Shown in pieces: positions 31,739-42,488 of a stretch of DNA of 64,000 nt. The first letter of the stretch is position 1. Each line of letters opens with the position of its first letter. The notes below the pieces were generated by a model. It ran no database searches. It was not told where the DNA came from and saw only the letters and a program-made list of their open reading frames with translations. The position numbers and the translations under genes are program-made. Source of the DNA: Carpediemonas membranifera BICM (Eukaryota; Protista; Fornicata); contig JAHDYR010000038.1 of the NCBI GenBank assembly GCA_019828565.1, positions 14,635 to 78,634 of the forward strand, given 5' to 3'.

Positions 31739-33724
31739 ATGGCCGATGAAAGCGAGCAACGCTTAAAGATCAGGCGTCTTCTCAACGATGCGTCCGATAG
31801 CAAGGAGATTAGCCTTCTCATTCAGAAGATCGTGGGTGAGGAGATGGATAGCAGCAAGCCCGTGGACCGAGACAGGATAGGGAGCTTAATTCTTCAGAAT
31901 AGCACGTTTAGACAATACATTGAGAATATGGGGCTTGTGGAGGAGGCGCATGCGGCCCAAGACATCCCCCCGCCCTCAGTGATAGCCCCCCCTCTCCCCC
32001 CTGGTGTCCCAGGACTCCGCGTGAGAATCACACGCATGATTGTTAAGACAGCTGGGTCCCTGGATAAGGGCACAGCTCTGGAACTGCACCTCCAATTTGG
32101 CAGCGATCGGGCTGAAGTGGCGCCCCTTTCCCTGTCGCGCGACATCGCCTTGCGCAATACTTTCTTCTTCCCACTTGGGGCCGCTGGGGAGGAGCTTGCC
32201 GCCACGCCGTTCTTTGACACCCCCTTCACGCTCCACGTCGTCCTTGTGGCGTCCCACCCCAACGGAAACCGGGCAACCCTCGGCGTCCGAGCCGTCAAGT
32301 GGCGGCAGGTGCTGCACACGCCGAGTTGTGAGATCGCGTTGGATCTGTGCAGCACTTATTCCCCGACTACAGTTGTGGCGACAGTTTTCATGGAGCTGAG
32401 TGGCGTTCACACTCCGGAACTCTCCCGATCGCACTTCGACGTCCTCAACCAGAACAGCAACGCCTTGGTTGAGACCTCGTACAAGAACTTTATCGAGGCC
32501 ACTGAGCGATGGTGGGCGGCCTTCCGTGCGGCGTGGACTGCCCGCCACACCGCCAGCACCGCCCTCGACCTTCGCCGAGTGCCGTTGTCAGAGCCAGGCG
32601 AGTTCGGCCACACCGTCCCAGTCCTGGCGATTGTTCAGCCCATCCCGCACCACTTGCAGTATCCCGCCGTGACGGACCCCGAGGCCGCTCACCGCTTCGT
32701 CTCGCTGCTGCCCTACACGACGACATCCATCCCGGGCGGTGGGAGGCACCGTGTGTGGCACAACTTGCACACAATTGTGGCCCGCGGGGCTGGGGACGTG
32801 GAGGACCACGCGGCCCTGCTCTGCTCGCTACTACTGGGACAAGGTCTCGACGCGTTCATTGCCATCGGATCATCGTACCCCGAGAAGGCGGACACGTCCG
32901 CGTGGGTGGTCACTTTCACACGAGACGACCCAGGGGCCCCCACTTTCTGGCACCCGTGCTTCTGCCAGCGCCTAAGCTGGGCTGAGATCGCGGCCAACCC
33001 GTCCGTCTTGCCCTTGAGTACCATCGACTGCATGTTCAACCACGAGAGCGTGTTCGTCAACTTCTCGCTGCAGGCCATGATTCATCCCGGTATCGACTTC
33101 AACATCCGAGACCCGGGCCAGACCCAGTGGCGTGAAATATCCCTTGACACTCTGGCCCCATTCGCGCCAGGGCCGCTGGCCCTCTTCAGGGACCGGCCGC
33201 CCCGCATACTCCCAATGCAGCTGCACCATGCAGTCCCGCTCGTACCGGGGCCCCTCTCTGTCCGACCTTGGGCGGGATTCAAGGGCGTCCATGAGACCAT
33301 GCGCGACCTCGAGGTTCAGCTGATGGATCGCATCCGAGAGCGACGGCTAGGTGCTGGGCAGGAGTTGACGGTTGAATCTGCTGCCCTCAAGGCGGTGCTG
33401 GGGGCGATGCCCGGCCGTATGGAGGCAGAGAAGGTGCATAATATGACCTGCCAGCTTCCAGAGATCACGGATCTGACGCAGGATCAGCTTCGCCGCGTGT
33501 CGAGACCAGGGCAGCGGCTGATCGCGGTGCCCCTCGTATGCTCCCATATCGCTGGCGGTCGGGTGTTCAGTCAGTTCCTCCAGTCCGCCCAGGGCATGGA
33601 TGTGGTCGACTGCAAGGCCCACGATCCCCAGTTTGCTGTGGCGGCTGGCGTGTTTCCGTATGCTGAGAGGGCTGTGGCGACGTGGGTTGTCATCGGTGTG
33701 GTCTTCACGCCATTCACTTCATAG
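31739..33724 (+). CDS. CEP76: Centrosomal protein CEP76-like (C2 + transglutaminase-like domain)
   Basis: RFVSLLPY; GDVEDHAALLCSLLLGQGLDAF; AWVVT; IDCMFNH; C-terminal FPYAE...WV. Confidence 0.9.
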   Translation: MADESEQRLKIRRLLNDASDSKEISLLIQKIVGEEMDSSKPVDRDRIGSLILQNSTFRQYIENMGLVEEAHAAQDIPPPSVIAPPLPPGVPGLRVRITRMIVKTAGSLDKGTALELHLQFGSDRAEVAPLSLSRDIALRNTFFFPLGAAGEELAATPFFDTPFTLHVVLVASHPNGNRATLGVRAVKWRQVLHTPSCEIALDLCSTYSPTTVVATVFMELSGVHTPELSRSHFDVLNQNSNALVETSYKNFIEATERWWAAFRAAWTARHTASTALDLRRVPLSEPGEFGHTVPVLAIVQPIPHHLQYPAVTDPEAAHRFVSLLPYTTTSIPGGGRHRVWHNLHTIVARGAGDVEDHAALLCSLLLGQGLDAFIAIGSSYPEKADTSAWVVTFTRDDPGAPTFWHPCFCQRLSWAEIAANPSVLPLSTIDCMFNHESVFVNFSLQAMIHPGIDFNIRDPGQTQWREISLDTLAPFAPGPLALFRDRPPRILPMQLHHAVPLVPGPLSVRPWAGFKGVHETMRDLEVQLMDRIRERRLGAGQELTVESAALKAVLGAMPGRMEAEKVHNMTCQLPEITDLTQDQLRRVSRPGQRLIAVPLVCSHIAGGRVFSQFLQSAQGMDVVDCKAHDPQFAVAAGVFPYAERAVATWVVIGVVFTPFTS

Positions 33725-34892
33725 AACATTGTGTCACATATGCGCATAAAATATCCGTGCTCCGCTCTCTGCTTCCTTCCACATTGCTGTCGTTCCCAGG
33801 GTCACGGGAGTGATCCAAGTCGCCCCCTACTTCACGATCAAGGTGGACGACAAGATGGTACCAGCTGTCTACGACTTCGGTATTGACGACAAAGGGGCCC
33901 TGTAGTGCAGCAGGTGTGCGAGACAGGCCTGGAGAGTCGACCTATCGCGGGTCTGTTCTCGAAGCACTTTTACGTCGCCGTGCCGGACAAGCGTCTGCCA
34001 TTCGGGCTGAAGCAGCTCAGTCAGAAGACGCTAGACTCTGTTTTGTAACGCGATTCAGAAGGGGAGCTTCCCATCCCCCCGACGGACCATTTATTGGACC
34101 CAAGTGTCAGATCCCACCCCCGCCCAACACACGATTGTTATGTCTTTGTCTAGCACGCGTTCCCATGTCTGTCCCCCTCGCCGTTCGATAAATATGATGC
34201 TGGGTCGGGTCCATTTTCGAAGATGGGCGCCCCTTGAGAACACGAGTTGGGATGCTCCGGACTAATGTCTGGCCGAATCGTTAGGGCTCATAGTGAGCTA
34301 TATGCACAGGCGCGGAGTACCCCTAAATGCATCAACTGATTGAGTTCTGAAAATGTCAGTTTTGACTTTTGCCATACGTCTGAAGAGCTACAGCCGGCAC
34401 ATCTCCTTGATCGTTAGTGCCTGGGTATCCATGGCACTCCTTTCGAAAGCATGCTGCGTTTTCCGGTACTCTAACCGGGACTTAAAGTCCCAGAATCAAG
34501 TCCCGGAATCCTTGATTGATTTTGATCGATGTCGTCGGATCATCCCCAAAGTGGGTGACAGTCTTCTACTAGCCTAGTTCTACCTCTGGAAACATTATTA
34601 GCGCATGTCGATGTCACAAAAAATATTTATGATCGTTTTCCGTATCGTCAGTGCAGGATAAGGTCGCATGACTTGGCCAAAGTCGCTCTTCAGAACTCGA
34701 TCGTCTGACACATACAAACGCTAAAAGTGGTTGGCAAAGATGCATTAGACCTTGTATATGACGTGTATAGACAAAATTTCGGGTGTTGCACTGTCACCTC
34801 TGAGGGGTATCCTCTCAAAAAGTGTAGGACACGGAGCCGGCGGTAGAGCTGGTGTCAGAGCTGACGACAGAACCGGCGACAGAGCTGGTAAC

Positions 34893-35477
34893 ATGAACAG
34901 GACCTCGGATCGTAACCACGGAGGAGACGACAGGGAGAGACAGGACAACACGGGAACGCAGATGAGAGGCTCGTTCAGCGGGAACACCTGGGCCGGTAGA
35001 GGCTCAGAGGGAGGCATGGACAACAGCAAGGATCACTCTTCCTCCACGACGCTCAAGCGCAAGGAGGGCAGCACGAGTAGGATCATGGACTCGGACAGCG
35101 GAAAGAGAAGCAGGCACGAAGAGGACATGGACTGGGAGTCTGGAAGCAGACAGGCAACCGGCATGGACTCGGAGAAGCTGCGGCTCCGAAAGCAGTTGGC
35201 AGAGGCGCAACAAGAGATCTCAGCGCTCAAGGCTGCCCGACTCATGCAAGAGCAAGGCCACGGAAGGTTGGTGCTCTCCGGCGTCGCGACTAAGCCCAGC
35301 AAGGAGAAGCCCACGATCCCCCGGCACAAGCACAAGAAGGCTAAGAAGGCCAAGCAGATCTCACCCATGGACCTGATGACCCAGTTCATCACGGTAATGC
35401 AGAGTCTACAAGGACAGCAAGTGAGTCAGGCCGAGGACAGCTGCAGCGGCAGTGGGGAGTCCACGGAGGAGGAGTAA
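34893..35477 (+). CDS. LINE ORF1 (short; coiled-coil and basic region)
   Basis: First ATG inside the TSD-defined element; coiled-coil LRLRKQLAEAQQEISALK. Confidence 0.6.
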   Translation: MNRTSDRNHGGDDRERQDNTGTQMRGSFSGNTWAGRGSEGGMDNSKDHSSSTTLKRKEGSTSRIMDSDSGKRSRHEEDMDWESGSRQATGMDSEKLRLRKQLAEAQQEISALKAARLMQEQGHGRLVLSGVATKPSKEKPTIPRHKHKKAKKAKQISPMDLMTQFITVMQSLQGQQVSQAEDSCSGSGESTEEE

Positions 35478-35808
35478 GGACATGGTAAAGCAGTATTCTT
35501 TCAAGGAACAAGCAACATTTTCTTTATAATTCACAAGCCCTGGCTCCCACCCAGGGCCCGGCATTAGCTGAAATGCACTGCCGGTAGGCTGTAGCGGCAG
35601 CCAAAGGGGGGTCACGTCATATCGTCCCCCTCCTAAGTACCCTGCCCGAAGAATGGAAGGTCACCAGGTGGTAACAAGGTTGGCCTGACAAGGGTCACCG
35701 AGACCGGCATCTAGGCCCCTTGTTAGGACAAGGATAGCAGGAGAGGAGCGGGAAGCTGGGGCTCCCAAATTCTGGGAATTCGCAGGATAAGGAAACAGGA
35801 CAAAGGCA

Positions 35809-38800
35809 ATGGTAACCTACAAGATACTTAGTCTGAACACAGAGGGACACATAGGAAGAGGAAAGGACTTCACGGCGTCTATGGCAACGGCGATTCAGCT
35901 AAGGTTGAAGGACATAGAGGCAGTACTCATACAAGAGACATGGAGAACGGCGAATACGAGGGTTCATTGCTTCATGGACCTTGACTACGCACTAGCAGGG
36001 AGGGAGACGGAAGAGGACCTGGTCTTAGCCAACGAAAAACGAAAGGCGGATGTCAAAAAGTCAGCACCGCATCAACCGACAACTAGGCATAGCAGGCAAT
36101 GACGAACCTGCGCCAAGATGGAAGGGAACAAGGGAAGGCATCGGCACGATAGTGAGCCCACACGCAACTGCAAAGTGGGACATCGGCATAACGGACAGCC
36201 TATCGGGAAGAGTGCAAGCCAGCATAATGAGAACCGGCAGGGACATACTAGTCATCAACGTGTATGGCCCTCCATCCGGCCACAGCAAGCAGGAGAAGGA
36301 TGGATTCAGGGACACTATACAGAAGATCATGGACATGAAAGGGAGCATGGAGGCCATAATTATGGGAGACTGGAACATCGACCCAGGCCAGATGGAAAGA
36401 TCCACCCGGTGGAAGGATATGATGGAGAAGCACAGGCTCAAAGCCATCATACCCAAGTCTGGGACGCTCACATCAGGAACATCAACCCCGGACTTTGCAG
36501 TGACAACACCAGGAATCCAGGGGGCGGAGATTGAGGTGGTAGAGTCTCAGAAGGTCGGGGTATGGGGCTCAGCACACAATGGAATCACACTAGCATGGAA
36601 GGAACAACGGTACTATGGCAGAAGTGAGCGAGACGTGGCTCTGGCCATACCCGAGGTGCACACCTGGCCCATGAAAAAGAAGGAGGGGCCAGTCACAGTC
36701 TCAAAGCTGAACAGGATCAAGAGCTCGGACCAATGGGAAGAGACTATAAGAGCATGCATGGGCGACCCAGTGAACAACAGGGGAGCAAAGGCAAGGGACA
36801 AAGTGTTCGGGAACGGAGTGTGGAGCGAACTCCAGCGAACCCCATGGACAGAAATAGGCAACAGGACCAGGAAGGAAAGGATGAAAGAGGAGCTGGAGAA
36901 ATACTGGGGAGAGCGCAGGGCCAAATGGGTGGCCGACATCAGCAGAAGTGCAAAAAGGGGGTATAGGGCCTCAAGGGCCTCAGTGGAAGCTGCCATCAGA
37001 AGGTGGTGGTGTGACAACCAATACAAGGGAATGCCGGAGAGCCTCCTCAAGGACGGAGTGGTAACCACGGACAAGGCGGCCATCAGCGAGATCCTCTTGC
37101 AACAGTATGCTAGAGTCAGCAGAGGCAGGGAACCCACCTGGAAGACATGGAGGGGCAGGGACGGAAATGAGTTCAAGGAAAGCGAGGTCAAAGCCGCAAT
37201 CAAAAGGATCAGGAGGGACACCGCACCAGGGCCTGACCTCACATCTGGAGACATGCTGAGAGAGCTGGATGAGAAAGGCCTTAGGGAAGTGACGAGGCTC
37301 ATCAACAGGGTCTACAGGGAGGGCGACGTACCCAAAGCATGGAAGTATGCCACAGTGTCGGCCATACACAAGACAGGGAAGCCAAGGGTCAAGCCGGAAT
37401 CATATAGACCAATATCCTTGACACCACTGCTGTACAGGGTCTATGGTAGATTGCTCAAGATACGTCTGGAAGCAGCAACGAAAAGGTTCATACCAAGAGA
37501 ACAGGCTGGTTTCCAGTCAGACAGGGACGTCATCCAGCAGATACAGTACATTGTGCAGCGGCACCAGGAGGGGGTGAGACCACGTCAATCTTTCTGGACA
37601 TCGAGAAGGCATATGACACGGTACCAAGGGACATTCTCATGGATAAGCTACAGGGTATGGGGGTGGAGGAGCACTTGATCAGGGCAATTCAAGGCACAAT
37701 AAAGGAAACCTGGATATCAGTCAAGGGGGCAAAGGCATGGGAAAGAACCAACAGGGGAGTTAAGCAAGGGTGCGTCCTGGCACCGACACTGTTTGTGCTG
37801 TTCATGGCTAACTGGCCCCACCTGGCCAGAAAGAAAATCAAGGGAGAACGGTACGACATCAGAGAACCGCCAAGGACCACGAGCCACCTCAGCGACCGAC
37901 TACCGGCAGCACTTACCATGTTTGTGGATGACACTGCGGTCACAGGGAGCAAACCGGAGCATAGCCAGATGGTCGCCAACATAATGGTGGACATAATCAG
38001 AGAGCATGAAATGAGGGTGAACGCCCAGAAGAATGTAATGATTAGCGTGGACAGAACAGCCCTAGTCAGGATCGAGGGGGTAACACTACTGCCAGAGAAG
38101 GAGGCGAGATACCTGGGATTATGGATCGCAAGTGGGAAGGACCCTATGTCGGCCTGCATAAGGCGGAAACAGGAGCAGAGCGAAAGGTACAAGAGACTGG
38201 TGAGATGGGCAGGGTGGACCAGGGCAAACATGCCAGCACTAGCGAGCAGGCTACTACTGGAAATATATATATGGCCCAGGATCCTCTTCGGAGTCGAGGT
38301 GTGGGGGAACGCACCGGGAGGTAGAAGGATCTGGAATGACTGGCAGGGAATCATGGCAGGAACAGGACCGGGAGGGGGCGCAGCCATGAGGCTGATGAAT
38401 GGATGGGTGGACCTCCAGGCACACATGGAATGGCTGGCAGTCAAAAGGATAGTCAACTACAGGGACCAGGATATACCAGTCAGAAACAGAGAATGGGGGC
38501 GGGGCACGGTTATGTGGGAAGCTAGGGAGAGAGTGCAGCATCTACTGGAGGGCACCAGAGAAGGAGCCCCTAAACCAGCGCTACTGGATTATGGCATGGA
38601 AACGATCAGGAGGGGGTGGATGAAGCGGTGCAAAAGCCGTACGGCACTAGGACTAATGGAAATCATGGGGACAAGGAAATTAAGCAAGTGTCTGCAAGGT
38701 AAGCCTACGGTAGACCGAAAGGCTGGGAAGGGGCAAAAGCAGGGCGGAATGGAAGAGAATTGTATCCATTGCAGCCAATGTCAGCCCATCCCCATCGTCG

Positions 38801-39255
38801 GCAGAGAGAGGGGAGGGCCCTATGAGAGCCATCACAGAGCTGGCCCAAGGCGCTGACCTGAAGAGAGAAATTAGCAGACTATGCCCCCTATGCTCGGAGG
38901 AGTCGGAGGTGAGCCTGTTCTACAGGATCATTAGGGAAAAGCCAGGACCAGCAAGGGAAGCAGGAAATGATCAGGGGAGTGGGCAGAGGGCCAGAGGCTA
39001 GGATCGGCAGCGCACATAATCTGTGAATGCCCGGCAGTAGACAGGGGAGAAGCTTGGACAAAGCTGTGGACAGCAGCGAAGCACAAAACTAAGGACTTGG
39101 AAGTAAGGCAGGGCCCCCAGGGCGAATGGTACCAGGAAAGACCCATCCTAGAATTACAGCAACTAATAATATGGGGCTCGGAGGACATTTGGGAAGGCCT
39201 CACGGCAGGACTACGGGAACTGGCAAAGGTTTACAACAGCTTCAAGGTGGAATAG
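35809..39255 (+). pseudogene. LINE ORF2: APE endonuclease + RT + C-terminal CCHC-like finger, with several 1-nt frameshifts
   Basis: ILSLN, IQETW, INVYGP, MGDWN, SAH; APGPD, YRPISL, QAGF, FLDIEKAYD, GVKQG, FVDD; CPLC...HIICEC. Confidence 0.92.
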
Positions 39256-40306
39256 AAGCATGTCATGAACCCCTGACTCCAGGACCGGGAAGGGATGGAC
39301 AAGGAATCAGCCATGGACCACCCTCGCTGGGTGCTAAGCTCCTGGGATCAGTGAGGAAAGGCCCCACGTATCCCGGTAGCCAGGAACCAAAGCAAGGGAA
39401 GGAACGACTGCAAGGAAAGAACAGGAAGGACAGACCAGAAATAAGAAAGAAAGGACATGCGACAAGGACAGAGCAAGGATAAGGTCAAGGAAATCCATAT
39501 CCATATGGTTGCACCACTCGTTGGGACCCCAAGGAAACTGCAGGGACTGGCCACGGGGGTCGGAGGGGCACAGGTGCCCCTGCCGCCCTTGTTAACGACA
39601 TGGGAAACCAAGGACATGTAGTGCAAGCGAAATGTTGTAAGGGGTAACAGGACAACCAGGCCTAGTGCCTGGGGCTGCCGCTGACCCACGCCACCTAACC
39701 GGGGTAGACAGCATGGACTTAGTCACTTTCCCCGCCTTCGGGTAGGCTTCTTAACAGAGTCGAGGGGGCATGGAATTGGGGAACCGGACAGACGAGAGGG
39801 TGCCGTGGCTGAACGGCTCTACAAGGACTGCAGGGAAGCAAGGAGTGTCATAGTCAAGGTTCTGCAGGACGATCCTGCCTGTCAATGCCCCGAGGACAGA
39901 CCCCCAGGCTCCCCGGATAGTTGCCGGACTTTCAGGGAGACAGGAAAGCATATTTGCACGGAGATGGCCGCAGGGCCTCTGGGGCGATTGGAATCGGCTT
40001 TCCGCGGAGACAGTAGCACCGAAAGCCCAAGGCAAACGCTGCTGACCAGTTTGCCACGGGAAATAGGCAGTACCCCGGGGCACTCAGCTCCAAGACAACG
40101 GGAAACAAGCTCAGTCCGGGGTCAGAATCCAAGCACCATAAATTTCTTTCTTTCTTTCTCAAAAAGTGTTGAAACTCCTACTGTAACATCCCCTTGCTGT
40201 CCTAGCAACGGAATAGTACTTTATTTACTTCAACTTTATCCCATTCGATAAAGAAAAGTCAAATTGTGTGAGCAATCTTCAACCTTAAAGTGCACATACA
40301 GGCATC

Positions 40307-41449
40307 ATGGAAAAGACCCAAAAACGAGAAATCCTGATTGCAATTGCAAAAGAAGTATTCTACTTTCAACGCGATTGTGCTCAAGCCATGCCTGTTGCGG
40401 TTTCAGAGGTGTGCTGGGCTATTCTGCCAGATGATATCCGAGCTCTCTACAAGAAGAAGCAAGCGATGGCTTGTTCTCTTCGTCATGCCCTTATCCACGC
40501 TCTGGATGGACTCGCCCCCTCGTCTTACCAGATCAACACCGAGGGTAAGGTCAAGGGTGTGTTCCTCAAGGACTTCGGCGAGATCAACCTATCAAGGCTG
40601 CAGGACAACCTGCAGGCAGCATCAGGTACCACTAGCACTGTGGTATGGCAGCCTCCGGTTTCGCGCTACATCAGCATCCCCTTCCAGACCTATTCGAAGA
40701 AGAAGGACAAGAGGGCTCGGAAACAGTCTCAACCCGCCCCTCAGTCGGTCGTAACTGTTCGTGACAATCTGGCCAGTGAACACAGACAGCGGGAAGCAGC
40801 GCACATCGACCAAGTCGCTTCCCAATTTTCCACATGTGTGGCGCAGGCAACGGCACTTATCCAGACAGGAATGAACCGGCGCCACGCACTCGACAACTTC
40901 ACTTATCAGCAGCTACGAAACTCATTGCGCATGTGTTGTGGGGTCTGTCACGATCCGATGAATCTGCTGCTGAAGATTGAGGACGACAACTCCCTGCAGT
41001 GCCAACAATGCGAGAGGTACTTCCATTATAGCTGTGTCAGTGGCTACTTGGAGGAGCGAATGGCATACCCGGCATCTAACAGGGCCGATAAGCAGAAGAT
41101 ATCCATCTGCGATGACTGTAAGGCAATCAATGGTAACGACGAGTGCTTTCATCGTACACCTCCAACCGAGACCACCCAAGCAGCGGACTGTGGTAGAAGT
41201 ATTAAGGATGGACCCAGCATGCTCTGCTACTTTTGTTCCAACTGGTTCTGTCCGGATCATATCGCGGACACCGTTTTTGACACTGGAACTGACATGTTGA
41301 AGCGTCCTTCTCGTCGTGTTCCGGTGTGCGTGAATTGCTTTCCTCGCATTCAGAGAGGCCAGCGACAGTTCAACGGTGAGTATACCAACGCTGCCCGCGC
41401 TATCATACTGTTAGAATGGCCAGTTAATCCGGGGATATACGGAGGATAA
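40307..41449 (+). CDS. PHD-finger-like protein with a second Cys/His finger; paralog of 51789-53009
   Basis: CGVC...CQQC..YFHYSC...CDDC (C4HC3); then C..C.NWFC..H...C..C. Confidence 0.75.
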   Translation: MEKTQKREILIAIAKEVFYFQRDCAQAMPVAVSEVCWAILPDDIRALYKKKQAMACSLRHALIHALDGLAPSSYQINTEGKVKGVFLKDFGEINLSRLQDNLQAASGTTSTVVWQPPVSRYISIPFQTYSKKKDKRARKQSQPAPQSVVTVRDNLASEHRQREAAHIDQVASQFSTCVAQATALIQTGMNRRHALDNFTYQQLRNSLRMCCGVCHDPMNLLLKIEDDNSLQCQQCERYFHYSCVSGYLEERMAYPASNRADKQKISICDDCKAINGNDECFHRTPPTETTQAADCGRSIKDGPSMLCYFCSNWFCPDHIADTVFDTGTDMLKRPSRRVPVCVNCFPRIQRGQRQFNGEYTNAARAIILLEWPVNPGIYGG

Positions 41450-42488
41450 ACGCAAATTCCTTATTCGTGCTTCAGGGCGTTCGAAGTCCTAAGAAGCAGC
41501 TGAAATGATAGATGCGAGTGCATTAATGACATATCCATGCTTGATGTAACATGTGCGAGATTGGTGGTCGAGCAAATTGCCTCTCGCATTTTAAGGTCGA
41601 AGGCAAAAGTGGTCGTACGACCAAGTGGCCTTGTCAGCAAAGTCTGTGTGTTCTAAAGAGTATCCTCTGTTGTTTTTATGCGTCAACTCCTTCTCAGTCG
41701 CCGGGAACTAATGACTGAATCAACCAATCAAAAGAATGAAGCTGTCCCCCAGAAAGCAGGCCATACTACGGTGGTATATAGTCAGTATACATCATCGGAG
41801 TATGTTCGGTTTTCTGGGGGACAGATTCAATCTTCTGTATCTCAAAATTTGCATTTTTTTATCGGCGATAAGATGGAATCAGAAGACTTGGCTCAGAGCT
41901 CAAGTGCACTTAGCTCCATAGAGCTGAGATCGGCAATTGGCATGATCCACCGCCGCAGAAGGTGCCCAAAGAGGCGCTGACGTTGAGCGGTCGATCATGG
42001 CCGTTTAACACATCAACGGGGGCCTCATCCCATGCAGTATCCATAACTTTTTACCATTTTCTTCTAGCTGCACTGGTTGGCAAATGAGCATTTTGTGTCG
42101 CCTTCATCATGGCAATATTCGAGATCAAATCCAGATTTGCTTTTTTTGTGCACAAGGAGCACAACAGCAAATTCGCAAGTAATGCAGATGAAAATCAGAT
42201 GAATCTTAATCAGGCACTCTCATATACACACTGCTTTAGTTTCGGAGCCAACGTCCATAAACTGAAGGAGTTCTGAACATTGTTTCACCAATTGTGTGAA
42301 ACTGGTGAAATTAATGAAATAGTGTTGAAACGGCCAGAGAAGAAGAAGGAACCCCGGCAGCGCAGTTGTAGCTGCTCTTATAGAGCTATAGCAACAGCCA
42401 AATTGTCTGATTTATCTCACAGACCGTTGCGCATGTACCTGCCTAGTTTTTGTACAAAAATCTTGTTTTTTTAAACTCTACAGAAATC

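Larger units (their letters stand above)
34826..40156 (+). mobile_element. Full-length non-LTR retrotransposon (LINE, APE-RT type) with 13-bp TSD and (TTTC)n tail
   Basis: TSD TCTCAAAAAGTGT at 34813-34825 and 40157-40169; ORF1 + ORF2; purine-rich sense strand; ends in TTTCTTTCTTTCTT. Confidence 0.93.

Noticed and set aside
33780-34795. CACATTG (33780), CAGTG (34649) and CACTGTC (34789) as left termini of the large element
   Set aside because: None has extended inverted identity or a TSD shared with the candidate right end; the left boundary remains unresolved.
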